From: a virus
Taxonomy: Duplodnaviria > Caudoviricetes
Virus record (IMG/VR): IMGVR_UViG_3300048917_000233
Location: 3,368 to 67,367 of that record
DNA: 64,000 nt
Reading direction: 5' to 3' (one strand)
The notes under the pieces are model-generated. The model made no database searches. It was not told where the DNA came from and saw only the letters and a list, made by a program, of their open reading frames with translations. The position numbers and the translations under genes were made by a program. Each line of letters opens with the position of its first letter. Position 1 is the stretch's first letter. Of this stretch, positions 37,406 to 46,506 are shown piece after piece.

Positions 37406-37622
37406 GTGAGTCCACTATTAGGTATTTATTTTTATCTCTTGAATAGTTATCTGTTTTTTCAATACCATTTTCAACCATTCTAAGAGTAACCTGCTTATTC
37501 TTTACAGCTACTATTTTTAATTCAACAGGCTCTATAGATGTATCAGTTGGGTGCGGCATTAATATAGTCTTGCCTACATTTTTATGGAAGTCTTTACCTA
37601 GTATGTATTTTGGCATTCTGTT
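37398..37622 (-). CDS. hypothetical protein
   Basis: Start moved to MPKY; coupled ORF. Confidence 0.5.
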   Translation of the reverse strand, partial: NRMPKYILGKDFHKNVGKTILMPHPTDTSIEPVELKIVAVKNKQVTLRMVENGIEKTDNYSRDKNKYLIVDSHD

Positions 37623-37807
37623 TCTGATTTTAAATAGACAGGCCACCAAGTTATTTTATTACCGTCATAGTATTCTATATCTATGCAATTAACCGCACTA
37701 ACAATGTTTTTTATTTCCCCCATGTCAATTGCCAAGCCGCCAGTATCTAATACTATGATACCATGAGGGCAATTATCTGTTTGCTTTATCTTTTTATTAT
37801 CCACCAT
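37598..37807 (-). CDS. hypothetical protein
   Basis: 69-aa ORF in operon. Confidence 0.55.
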   Translation of the reverse strand: MVDNKKIKQTDNCPHGIIVLDTGGLAIDMGEIKNIVSAVNCIDIEYYDGNKITWWPVYLKSETECQNTY

Positions 37808-37818
37808 TTATTTATGTT

Positions 37819-38049
37819 TTAACGTTTAGGAGTCCACCAATCCGAGCAAAAGGCAGTAGGATCACTTGCCGGTATTTCGCCGCTTCCATTATTATACTTA
37901 CGATAATATTCATTTTCGCAATCCTTCCCGTCCCAGTATAAGCAGTTTGAGCAACTAGAACCCGGGCTAGTTACCTTCATGGCTGGTTTATGATCTTCTG
38001 GGTATTCTATTGGGCCTTTGCTTTTTGTCGTTTTCAATTTGACAGCCAT
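37819..38049 (-). CDS. small four-cysteine protein
   Basis: CSNCLYW...C...FCSDWW; upstream TAAATTTG at 38071-38064. Confidence 0.65.
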   Translation of the reverse strand: MAVKLKTTKSKGPIEYPEDHKPAMKVTSPGSSCSNCLYWDGKDCENEYYRKYNNGSGEIPASDPTAFCSDWWTPKR

Positions 38050-38068
38050 ATAGTTATGTTTACCAAAT

Positions 38069-38242
38069 TTAATGTTTATTATTTTTAATTCTCCATACTA
38101 CCATGACCTCATGATAAATACCCCACTTTTCTAAAGTGCTGTCTCCGGGTATTCTTTTGGAGAATAATATTCTTGAATCCGTACCCATAACGTCACAAAC
38201 AACTCCCAAAGGAGTAAACCAATATTGATAACAAACAATCAT
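38069..38242 (-). CDS. small hypothetical protein (57 aa, absent from ORF track)
   Basis: ATGA overlap with the GT stop; MIVCYQYWFTPLGVVCDV...KNNKH translated by hand. Confidence 0.55.
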   Translation of the reverse strand: MIVCYQYWFTPLGVVCDVMGTDSRILFSKRIPGDSTLEKWGIYHEVMVVWRIKNNKH

Positions 38243-39048
38243 GAGTTAAATATTTTTTCAACATAATACTCCAAGGATCGCTGAGTAAGAAAATCATAGA
38301 ACCCAGGGCCACTGCCAATTACATTTGGGATGGAATTGCAGACCTCTAAGACGCGAGGAATCTTCAATCCTTCGGCTACTTGGAATATGCTAGATTGGCC
38401 GCCAATGTAAACTTTACAATTATAAAGGGCAGTTGCGATCTCTAAGTAATCGGCAGCTTCTAACCTTTGAATATCCAGTTTGTTTTGCTTACAAAATACT
38501 TCATGCTCATTCGGCAATCCCACAAACATCACTTTATCTCCATACTGCTTTAAAAAGTTATAACTTACCAGCATGTTATTGTAACGTTCGGTACGGTTAA
38601 CAAGGATTTTACCTATTACTCTTTGGTCTATTTTATAAGGCACATTCAGCCACTCCTTACTTAAATCAGTAGCCATATCAGCCCATATGTACATCGGCCA
38701 ACGGTTTATGCACCCACCTGGCATTGTAGTTGCGCCTTCCCTAAGCAAGTCAAAATTGAAATCAATGCGCTCCCCATCCCATTCACGGAAATCTTCAATA
38801 TAATCCTGAGCTAATAAAAGGGGGCGTAGCGCCTTCAGCGTCGGGGAGTTCATCATTACCGGCTCCCCTTCTTCATTAAAGATAGAATATTTTGCTCCAA
38901 GATAAGCACCCGCCACCCCATAAGGCTGGTTAACTCGTTGATATATAATCCATTTGCAGTCATTATCTTTTGCGACCTGTTTCAATCCCGGTAGAATTGA
39001 TAGAAGGTCCCCTGCGGGGAAGCTGTGTAAAATCGTCGCTATTTTCAT
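38239..39048 (-). CDS. GT-B glycosyltransferase (GT9/heptosyltransferase-like)
   Basis: SFPAGDLLSILPGL N-motif and YIGGQSSIFQVAEGLKIPRVLE C-motif; start moved to 39048. Confidence 0.7.
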   Translation of the reverse strand: MKIATILHSFPAGDLLSILPGLKQVAKDNDCKWIIYQRVNQPYGVAGAYLGAKYSIFNEEGEPVMMNSPTLKALRPLLLAQDYIEDFREWDGERIDFNFDLLREGATTMPGGCINRWPMYIWADMATDLSKEWLNVPYKIDQRVIGKILVNRTERYNNMLVSYNFLKQYGDKVMFVGLPNEHEVFCKQNKLDIQRLEAADYLEIATALYNCKVYIGGQSSIFQVAEGLKIPRVLEVCNSIPNVIGSGPGFYDFLTQRSLEYYVEKIFNS

Positions 39049-39051
39049 TTT

Positions 39052-39067
39052 GCTCAAACGTTGTAGC
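39052..39067. promoter_or_regulatory. third copy of 16-bp operator in divergent intergenic region
   Basis: GCTACAACGTTTGAGC on minus strand. Confidence 0.6.
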
Positions 39068-39142
39068 TTTTTTGTACTTTTATGCCGTCCCCGGATTTGC
39101 ACCCGGTTAGACCCATTTGTTAACAATTTAAATTTTAAAGTC

Positions 39143-39415
39143 ATGGCAATGACAGGTCGTGTTATTTTTCACGGGTACAGAAAAAATCAATATGATTTAA
39201 AAAACCTTGCTGGCGGCCCTGCTACACAAGGCGTTCCACAAAACCTACCCGCTAATTTATGCTCAATCAGGCCAGTAGATCAGGCCACTACAGCCAATGG
39301 AGTAACTATGAACTCCATTATTGAACTTCTTCCGCCAGGTTTGTACAAAAACGGTCAATCTACTCTTTATTACAGCGCAGATACCGTTGCAACTTTACAA
39401 ACAAACGGCACCTAG
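39143..39415 (+). CDS. small protein, lone plus-strand gene (putative virion protein)
   Basis: A/T-rich start context, 90 aa Thr/Gly/Asn-rich, own terminator downstream. Confidence 0.75.
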   Translation: MAMTGRVIFHGYRKNQYDLKNLAGGPATQGVPQNLPANLCSIRPVDQATTANGVTMNSIIELLPPGLYKNGQSTLYYSADTVATLQTNGT

Positions 39416-39436
39416 TTTTTCACAGGTTCAGATTTT

Positions 39437-39949
39437 TCATGGGTTATCCCTAGCGATTAATTTCGCTGGGGATTTTTTCTTTCCCAATCTGCCAAGTTTT
39501 GATAAATCAACAGGCTGTTCCATTGCTCTTATTATCCCCCATTTTTTGATTCTTTTCCCCAGCGCTACATCCGACATACCTAACAGTTTAGCCCAATCTG
39601 TAATTATTCTTTTCTCTCCATTATATTCTATTATATTACTATCTGTTCTTTTACGCATATTCTCATCACCTGTAACAAACATACATGTATCAGGACTATA
39701 TATTTTCCCGCTCCCCTTAATATCCTTATCAAGTTGTAATCCCTTTTCCCATCCATTACTTATAGCCCACCTATAAAATGCTATAAAGTCAGTTTTCCAT
39801 TCATCACAAACAATTACACCAGCCCCGCCATACCATTTATAATTATCAGATCGTGATTTATAGCATCTATCCATCATTAGATGCCACAACTTATATACTG
39901 GATGTTTGGATAACCCATGTGTTTTTTGTCGCCCTACTAGCTTCTTCAT
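39437..39949 (-). CDS. HNH-type homing endonuclease-like protein
   Basis: HGLSKHPVYKLWHLMMDRCY...YGGAGVIVCDEW...LDKD...YSPDTCMFVT...N. Confidence 0.8.
   Translation of the reverse strand: MKKLVGRQKTHGLSKHPVYKLWHLMMDRCYKSRSDNYKWYGGAGVIVCDEWKTDFIAFYRWAISNGWEKGLQLDKDIKGSGKIYSPDTCMFVTGDENMRKRTDSNIIEYNGEKRIITDWAKLLGMSDVALGKRIKKWGIIRAMEQPVDLSKLGRLGKKKSPAKLIARDNP
39446..39482 (+). terminator. Rho-independent terminator for the inverted gene
   Basis: 11-bp stem ATCCCTAGCGA/TCGCTGGGGAT followed by TTTTTCTTT. Confidence 0.7.
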
Positions 39950-39950
39950 A

Positions 39951-40727
39951 TCAACTCCTTTTTTTAGCCCATTCTTTTATCAATGGGGGCAGTTCGCCTG
40001 TTATAGGAATAACATCTTGCTTATCAAACCACTTCCAAGGATCGAATACATCCATTCCTTCTAGCTTACTATCAACTCCACACTTGAATATATTGCCTTG
40101 CATCTCCCTGATCTTAGCTGGGTGTACTTCGCGTTTACGCACAAAACCCATATGCCAAATTTTTATCTTATCGAGGTAGCTATCAACGCAAGGAGCGGCG
40201 ATTGATTCCGCATCGTCGTATGCCCTGTAGCAGGTCTTTGTTAGGCGAACTATCTCGGTAGAACAAGGCAACCTGTGATGCGGAACATTAAGCTGGGCGT
40301 ACGGCGATCCCCACAAATTTATACGTTTGCACAAATATCCTTCCTGCCCTTCATCCATTGCTCTTCTTACCCATTCATAACTACTTGGGTCTAAAATTTC
40401 ATCTGATTGAAGATTGAATACATAATCTGTATCCAGCATTTCTATGGCATAATTGGTATAAATTGAAAGTCTGTGTTTAGTTTGAAAGCCCATTTTTAAC
40501 CAATCCGCGTCCTGCATTACTCTCACATAAAGCTGTCCACTTCTTATTGCTAATTCAAACGTATTGAAAATGTTGTATGATGTATTATCCCCATCCTGTG
40601 CAGTTGGCACCACACACACTACAACCTTATCACAAAATTCAAGTAGGCATTGGATTGATTGTATATAACAATAATCTAAAATATCACCATTTCGGATCAG
40701 GAGTGATCCACCAAGGCTTTTTGCCAT
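39951..40727 (-). CDS. GT-A glycosyltransferase (GT2-like)
   Basis: CDKVVVCV, DGDNT, DYVFNLQSDE (DxD-like) and IWHMGF motifs. Confidence 0.75.
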   Translation of the reverse strand: MAKSLGGSLLIRNGDILDYCYIQSIQCLLEFCDKVVVCVVPTAQDGDNTSYNIFNTFELAIRSGQLYVRVMQDADWLKMGFQTKHRLSIYTNYAIEMLDTDYVFNLQSDEILDPSSYEWVRRAMDEGQEGYLCKRINLWGSPYAQLNVPHHRLPCSTEIVRLTKTCYRAYDDAESIAAPCVDSYLDKIKIWHMGFVRKREVHPAKIREMQGNIFKCGVDSKLEGMDVFDPWKWFDKQDVIPITGELPPLIKEWAKKRS

Positions 40728-40730
40728 ATA

Positions 40731-41384
40731 TTATTTCTTTTTAAGTAAAGCAACATAAAATCCCCTCCACCACTCTTCGTTTCTATGCTGATCTTCGGTA
40801 TATGGTTCCGCATTCAGTAATTCCTCTTGAAATAATATTTCACACCCGCTATCAACAATGCCATCTATTGTCCCACGCTTTACTTCACCATACTGCCAAT
40901 CATCTACGCAAACGATAAATTCATTAGCCATTGAGGGTAGAAAATGTGTCATAGCTTTACGCTGGGCCTCATATCCATGATCTGCGTCAAAGCAATACAA
41001 ATCCACTTCATCGGCAAAGTTAGGCGGCAGGTCAAATGTTTCAGATACTTCTCCCAGCAACACCGTATCCGTTCCATCAATACACTTCATGGCATTTTGG
41101 ATGAATTGCTCTTCGACATTTTCGCCCGTTATTTTATCAGAAGCGAAACTATCGCCCCAGTAGGCTACTTCAATGTTAGGATTATTCCTTAATACAGAAC
41201 AGAAGATACCCCCTTTATGGGTTCCGTGCTCCATGTAACGCGTTGATAATGAACCTAAATTATTCATTAGATGGCGCAGCTTGATCGAAGAAAGTGCCGG
41301 TACATCCCATGCTACTTGATCCATTTTAGATTGATGGTTCTTTGCTCGTTGAATTGCGTCTTTTATTTGCTCGATTTTATCCAT
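40731..41384 (-). CDS. class I SAM-dependent methyltransferase (Methyltransf_24-like)
   Basis: YMEHGTHKGG motif I, DLYCFDADHGYE, IVCVDDW. Confidence 0.8.
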   Translation of the reverse strand: MDKIEQIKDAIQRAKNHQSKMDQVAWDVPALSSIKLRHLMNNLGSLSTRYMEHGTHKGGIFCSVLRNNPNIEVAYWGDSFASDKITGENVEEQFIQNAMKCIDGTDTVLLGEVSETFDLPPNFADEVDLYCFDADHGYEAQRKAMTHFLPSMANEFIVCVDDWQYGEVKRGTIDGIVDSGCEILFQEELLNAEPYTEDQHRNEEWWRGFYVALLKKK

Positions 41385-41559
41385 TGTATGAATTTTGAAA
41401 TAAATGATTCTCTTTTTTTAAATGCTTTATACTTTATAACTGTAGGTATATTGTCTTGGTTTGAACAAGTGCACAGTTCCGAATCTTGCTTATTGGTATA
41501 ACCCATATACCTTAGCTTTTGACACTTAGTACAAAATATAGTTCTATTATCGTAGTATT

Positions 41560-41817
41560 TCATACTTTAGAGAGTGCTTTTTGTATTTTTTGTTTGTGGA
41601 TTGTTTCTAGTATATCAGATAATTGATGTCTCCAATGAGACTCCAAGTTTTGTGAGGATACTGTACCTGCAATTCTTTCATTGTTCTCATAAATAGAAAA
41701 TGAATTTTCTGAATTAATTACACATGTATATTCTATTCCTAGAACATCCTTAACTACTGTATCCATTTTATCTTCCCATTTCATAATAATTAATTTAGTA
41801 TCCCAAAATATCAACAA
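41560..41817 (-). CDS. hypothetical protein
   Basis: ORF in operon; start uncertain. Confidence 0.5.
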   Translation of the reverse strand: MLIFWDTKLIIMKWEDKMDTVVKDVLGIEYTCVINSENSFSIYENNERIAGTVSSQNLESHWRHQLSDILETIHKQKIQKALSKV

Positions 41818-42091
41818 ATCTCATAATGGTTCGCAGGTCTTCTTTAGTTTTAAGGAATCCATAAAAACGAGTTTCTGAGTTTTCCCATTCATTGTAATCG
41901 CAGTCTTCATCTACTACATTAATCATTGCTTGGTATAAATCATCATCAAATAAAAAGAACCCCATTATCCATTCATTGCCAACTTCATCTGTTAGTGAGA
42001 ATGTTTCTACTTGTTTTTTTATTGGGCCATAGATTATTTGTTTTGTATCTCTATCCTGCCATCCGCGCTCGTATAAGTCTTCATATATCAT
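41795..42091 (-). CDS. hypothetical protein
   Basis: ATGA-coupled acidic ORF. Confidence 0.6.
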   Translation of the reverse strand: MIYEDLYERGWQDRDTKQIIYGPIKKQVETFSLTDEVGNEWIMGFFLFDDDLYQAMINVVDEDCDYNEWENSETRFYGFLKTKEDLRTIMRFVDILGY

Positions 42092-43515
42092 AACAATTCA
42101 TTTATAGCGTCAAGAAGATCGGATGTTTTAAATTGAACACATGGTGGATTTGCTTTATCATCTACACATTCTTGCCCGTCTACGGTTATGGATTCATGCC
42201 AGCAATACTTTAACGAACATAAGTTGTGTCCGGGTTTATGGTTGGTTATTACCTTGATATTTTTTTGATCTGGCCAGATATAATCAGGATTAACGTTGCC
42301 ATGAAAAACAATACACTTTCTACTTAATGCCACAGCTATATTCATTGGGCCACTGTCTATACCGATTAGGCATTCAGCACCCGCCAGCATGTACATCAAC
42401 AATGGCTCCGCTAATGTATTCATTTTGATAGCCGCCGTTTCTTCACTCTCCCCCTTCCCTATTTGGAACACTGTGTACCCTTTTGCTATTAGATATACAA
42501 CAACGTACTTCCAGTCAATCCCATAAATATTCCTCCCCTCCTGAAAGCGTTTATCTATATGCAGACACACATATTTATTTGGGAATAAAGTGGTTGATTT
42601 ATCTACTCCTACATTCAGCCTTGGGTTACGGATTATCCGCTCGCCTTCTGGCACTTCGCAGAAATCATAGTAACTTTTAAGGTGCAATTGCCTTGGATTC
42701 GATTCATACGACATTTCCAAATTATAAACCTTCGCTGTTGCTAATACTCTGGGATCAATTTGGCGAGGGAATAATACAGGGAAATAATGATTGTAGAACA
42801 GTGTTTCAAACTGAGGTAAAGTATCCAAGACAACTCGGTAACCTTTCTTGTGAAAATACTCCATGACCGGTTCGCACTGTATGCAGTCCCCCATTGCAGC
42901 AGGCCTACGAATTACTACCATTGGCCTATATGGTTCATGGAAGAAATTGTGGAAGCCGAATGTTTTACCCGTTGGTGTTCTCAACTCAAATGAGAATTGT
43001 TCGCATATTTCATCAGGAGCCCATTTAAGATCGTAGTTCTTTTCTAAATACCTCCTATAAACTCTACAGATGGCGACATCTTCAGGTGCGGTAGCATTTA
43101 TATGATCATCCATTGCTATTATTTTCATCAATCGTTTCGACCTCCACGAAAATCCCCCATTCCCGTTTGCAAGTCCATCATTTTCGATCCAAAGAGCCCC
43201 TGCGTAATCATATTGGTACAATCTTTCATCAAAGCAATCGCCGTTCAAAACCCACGAATCATGTTGAGTTACAAGAACAAAATCAGAACTTATTTGAACC
43301 CACGCTTGTTTTAATAGATATTCGCTATACTGATCTTTTGATTTTATTTCAGGAATAAGTACTACTCTTATCCCGTTTGGTCTAATATCAATATTAGTGA
43401 ATAATATCACCTCATCAAACTCGCATTGAGTCATGCTCTTTTTCAACGATGCAATTGCTGCACCAGGATTTATAGTATCAATAGCAATTAAAGTACAATT
43501 ATTTATTCTTATCAT
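42088..43515 (-). CDS. fused DUF5672-like (GT-A) and GT9-like (GT-B) glycosyltransferase
   Basis: N-half [33 protein letters not shown]; C-half [29 protein letters not shown]. Confidence 0.8.
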   Translation of the reverse strand: MIRINNCTLIAIDTINPGAAIASLKKSMTQCEFDEVILFTNIDIRPNGIRVVLIPEIKSKDQYSEYLLKQAWVQISSDFVLVTQHDSWVLNGDCFDERLYQYDYAGALWIENDGLANGNGGFSWRSKRLMKIIAMDDHINATAPEDVAICRVYRRYLEKNYDLKWAPDEICEQFSFELRTPTGKTFGFHNFFHEPYRPMVVIRRPAAMGDCIQCEPVMEYFHKKGYRVVLDTLPQFETLFYNHYFPVLFPRQIDPRVLATAKVYNLEMSYESNPRQLHLKSYYDFCEVPEGERIIRNPRLNVGVDKSTTLFPNKYVCLHIDKRFQEGRNIYGIDWKYVVVYLIAKGYTVFQIGKGESEETAAIKMNTLAEPLLMYMLAGAECLIGIDSGPMNIAVALSRKCIVFHGNVNPDYIWPDQKNIKVITNHKPGHNLCSLKYCWHESITVDGQECVDDKANPPCVQFKTSDLLDAINELL

Positions 43516-44351
43516 ATGTATCCCCATTTGAAGCCGCCCGCAGTTATTAACTTATTTCTACAAACAGCACCTATATGTGTTCTATGAACTCCTGTCTCAG
43601 ATTCTGCGATTCCTGCATTTGCGTAGGTTTTTATATAATTACCATTAATATCATATTGATTCACTTTTTTGCTCTGTGGGTGTCCGTCTCCTGCACCATA
43701 GGGTTTTATAATACCTACATTATCATCCCCATCGTACCTCCACTGATAATTTCCATGACTCCCATTTTTAGTTCTCGCAACTTTTGCAATACTGGTTTGA
43801 CATAACCCGGTCTCCCTTGCAGCTTCGCGTGTCCCCGCATATTCTTTAAGACAATTCCCGTTTAAATCATATTGCTTTATTTTTTTACTCTTATGATGGA
43901 GTGAACCAAACTTACCGAGCATGCTTTTGATCTTATTTTTATCAATTAACCCAATTTCATAGGCATGCTTTCTGTTTTCGCTAACTGTGTTCCACTCTAA
44001 CTGATGCACTCTATTGTCCGTTTTCACTCCTTTCTTATGATTTACTTCTGGCTTATTTTCCGGATTTAGGATGAACGTTCTTGCAATTAATACATGCGTA
44101 TTGATTAATTTTTTTTCTTTGCATTTGTTAAAAACAGTTACAAATAGATATCTCCCGTCGCCATCAAAGTTTTGCCTCATTATTTTGATCTTGTCCCACC
44201 TTTTGTGCTTGCCTAATGTTTTAATTCTACCAAATGTACTTGCCTCATAAAAGCCTTCGTATTGGGGGATAGATCTCCATTCCTCAACATACAAAACACC
44301 TTCGTGAACTTCGGATAAGTTCTCAAGCGACAGATTTTTCCAATGTGCCAT
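43512..44351 (-). CDS. NUMOD4-HNH-NUMOD1 homing endonuclease
   Basis: [48 protein letters not shown], two NUMOD1-like C-terminal repeats. Confidence 0.9.
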   Translation of the reverse strand: MAHWKNLSLENLSEVHEGVLYVEEWRSIPQYEGFYEASTFGRIKTLGKHKRWDKIKIMRQNFDGDGRYLFVTVFNKCKEKKLINTHVLIARTFILNPENKPEVNHKKGVKTDNRVHQLEWNTVSENRKHAYEIGLIDKNKIKSMLGKFGSLHHKSKKIKQYDLNGNCLKEYAGTREAARETGLCQTSIAKVARTKNGSHGNYQWRYDGDDNVGIIKPYGAGDGHPQSKKVNQYDINGNYIKTYANAGIAESETGVHRTHIGAVCRNKLITAGGFKWGYI

Positions 44352-44362
44352 AAAAAAATACA

Positions 44363-44483
44363 CCCCGGACGCAGATGGCTGTCACTTTACTCAGTGAAGA
44401 GGTAGGTGCATCCACGCCGGGATTTATTTTTAATATGTTTGTTGATTTTGACACTAAATAAAGTTGACAGCGGAACAAATATA
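44363..44483 (-). promoter_or_regulatory. -7 promoter plus structured 5' leader
   Basis: TATATTTG at 44483-44476; outer stem 44364-44377/44407-44421; alternative pairing 44378-44390/44458-44471. Confidence 0.6.
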
Positions 44484-44510
44484 GGATATTTAACTAAATC
44501 GAATTAGTTT

Positions 44511-44720
44511 TTATTCGGTTGGGAGTTTTATTCCTTGATTTTTCAATAGAGCATCTTTTACGCTTTCAGGTAATTGATCGAAGTTTAGTCTATCATATTC
44601 ACCTGCGCCAAGATGATGCATGTAATATGGACTATAAAGATAGGTATGCCCATCAACGATAATTGTTTTCTGAAAGTTCCATAGTGTTGACTCTTGTTCT
44701 CGGGTTAGTAATATTTTCAT
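44511..44720 (-). CDS. hypothetical protein
   Basis: 69-aa ORF. Confidence 0.6.
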   Translation of the reverse strand: MKILLTREQESTLWNFQKTIIVDGHTYLYSPYYMHHLGAGEYDRLNFDQLPESVKDALLKNQGIKLPTE

Positions 44721-44733
44721 TTAGGTTGTTTTA

Positions 44734-44937
44734 CTAGGCACTAAGATATGATTTTGTTTTGTCGCAATTTTCACAGTTATTCAAAACTAAGCTATCTGGA
44801 GTTGGGTATTTTCTTCTGAACTCTTCTTTTGTGTAGAGTTTGTGGTTTTCTACATAATGGCCAACGCCATCAGTCCCTATTATGAATAATGTGTTTAATA
44901 GCTTATCTCTACGATCCAGGTATTCCGCTATTGTCAT
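44734..44937 (-). CDS. hypothetical protein
   Basis: 67-aa ORF. Confidence 0.55.
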   Translation of the reverse strand: MTIAEYLDRRDKLLNTLFIIGTDGVGHYVENHKLYTKEEFRRKYPTPDSLVLNNCENCDKTKSYLSA

Positions 44938-44939
44938 AG

Positions 44940-45347
44940 TTAAAGTGATTTTAAACGTTCTAAAACATCACTACTCGTGTGCCCATCCCATTCGGGGGCT
45001 TTAGCTAATTCCCTAATACATGGATCATTACATTCATCCCATTTAGACATAGGAAGGTGATACGATATTTGCTCTCCATTGTTTTTACCTATACCCATAA
45101 TAAACCAACCATCATACGTAGTTCCATCATGGTGTAACTTAGATTTCCATACTTCTAAATTATCTGTGTATTTGCCATATGGAATTGAGGTACACAAGGC
45201 AATGAATAATGCTATTCTATGTTCATACAACTCCCCGAATGTATGATACCCATCGCTTATTTTATTGGTATCAATGCCGGAATTTTTAATGACATTATTA
45301 ACCCCGTCTATCACTTTAATTGAATCTTCGTAACTCATTATTGGCAT
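44940..45347 (-). CDS. WDGH-motif phage protein
   Basis: SDGYHTFGELYEHR, WKSKLHHDG, QISYHLP, APEWDGHT. Confidence 0.7.
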   Translation of the reverse strand: MPIMSYEDSIKVIDGVNNVIKNSGIDTNKISDGYHTFGELYEHRIALFIALCTSIPYGKYTDNLEVWKSKLHHDGTTYDGWFIMGIGKNNGEQISYHLPMSKWDECNDPCIRELAKAPEWDGHTSSDVLERLKSL

Positions 45348-45364
45348 AATAGTTATTTGATTAG

Positions 45365-45601
45365 TTAATACTCGTTTTCTTTTTGCTTTAATCCAAGTAT
45401 AATGTATTCTTTTTTTAAGCCGGGTATTTCACATTCCAGGTATACGACTTCCATTTTTAGCTCCTTTCTATCCATCGTAACTTGAAAAGCAATCGTATCT
45501 CCTACTATATAATTTCTATCATCCTTTAGGCATATGAATGATTTCTTCCCATTGTTTAATAATTCATACAAGCCTTCTACAACTTCTAAAGTATGCGTCA
45601 T
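45365..45601 (-). CDS. ASCH/DUF3850-like protein
   Basis: LLNNGKKSFICLKDDRNYIVGDTI. Confidence 0.65.
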   Translation of the reverse strand: MTHTLEVVEGLYELLNNGKKSFICLKDDRNYIVGDTIAFQVTMDRKELKMEVVYLECEIPGLKKEYIILGLKQKENEY

Positions 45602-45603
45602 TA

Positions 45604-45903
45604 TTAATTCTTTTTAGGTTTAGTGATTGTGTCCTTTTTATTTTCTGCATTTATTTGCGCTTGCACTTGTCTTGAAATTTCAGCTTGAAGCGGAGTTAAA
45701 ATAGAATCATTGATAAGGGTTACTGTTTTTGAAGGCAGGTCAGAGTTTTTCAGGTTGTTCTTAGTAAACTCCAATCCGTTGGTGGCCTGCACCCAGAAGT
45801 TAATATCAGCTTCAACCTTGTAGGTTTTCTTTGTTTGATGAGACTGAAATGCGAGAAGGCCCATAAATACTACCGTTAACGCTAAAAATGACCAATTTTT
45901 CAT
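45604..45903 (-). CDS. secreted or membrane-anchored protein
   Basis: N-terminal signal peptide-like stretch; DSI and DTI sequons. Confidence 0.6.
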   Translation of the reverse strand: MKNWSFLALTVVFMGLLAFQSHQTKKTYKVEADINFWVQATNGLEFTKNNLKNSDLPSKTVTLINDSILTPLQAEISRQVQAQINAENKKDTITKPKKN

Positions 45904-45912
45904 GTTGTTGTT

Positions 45913-46167
45913 TTATTTTAATTGTTGTTTTGCTTTCTGAAATCCTTCTTCTGCCGATCCATTTCCTGTAATGCTTAATTTAATAGGCAATATTTCATAT
46001 CCTTCTTCAAGTAGAGTATTCAATGGTCTTGAAATACCTTTACTCGCAAGCATCTCAACCATCCCTACACAGGTTGCAAAATCTGGCGCTAATGAGAATA
46101 ATTGCGGATTACCGTCGTCTGCTATGAGACAATAAAACTCCTCTTCCTTTAGTTCTTGTAATTCCAT
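45913..46167 (-). CDS. hypothetical protein
   Basis: 84-aa ORF. Confidence 0.6.
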   Translation of the reverse strand: MELQELKEEEFYCLIADDGNPQLFSLAPDFATCVGMVEMLASKGISRPLNTLLEEGYEILPIKLSITGNGSAEEGFQKAKQQLK

Positions 46168-46170
46168 GAT

Positions 46171-46495
46171 TTATTTTTTAATGAATCTTAATGTACGAAG
46201 TTGTTTACGCAATTGCGGAATATCCATTCCCTTCTCATATTGCTTAAACGCCTCTTTTGGATCTTTGTATTGTGACCTGTCAAATGAATTAGAAAGTAAT
46301 GCAATCCTATTTTCAATTCTGTCAATTTCAAGATCAATATATTGAAGAGCCGGGCCGGTTTCCAAGTATGCTTTGATAGTTTTAAGATATTCTATTCTTT
46401 CTTCTACTTACCTGAGCTGGTTTTAATGGAGTTCCTGTAGTTATCTCTTCTGTAAGAGTTATTATTTCATTATTTACATCAAGAAGTGTTCTCAT
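46171..46495 (-). pseudogene. frameshift-split helical protein gene (or sequence error)
   Basis: ATG at 46495 is out of frame with ORF 46171-46365, whose frame is open back to about 46407. Confidence 0.4.
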
Positions 46496-46506
46496 TTGTT
46501 TAAAAT

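Noticed and set aside
38954-39142. N-terminal extensions of ORFs 38954-39415 and 38239-39144
   Set aside because: They overlap each other head to head; internal ATGs at 39143 and 39048 give better starts and leave a regulatory gap
39049-39445. Invertible segment around the lone plus-strand gene
   Set aside because: No flanking inverted repeats found and no recombinase in the window
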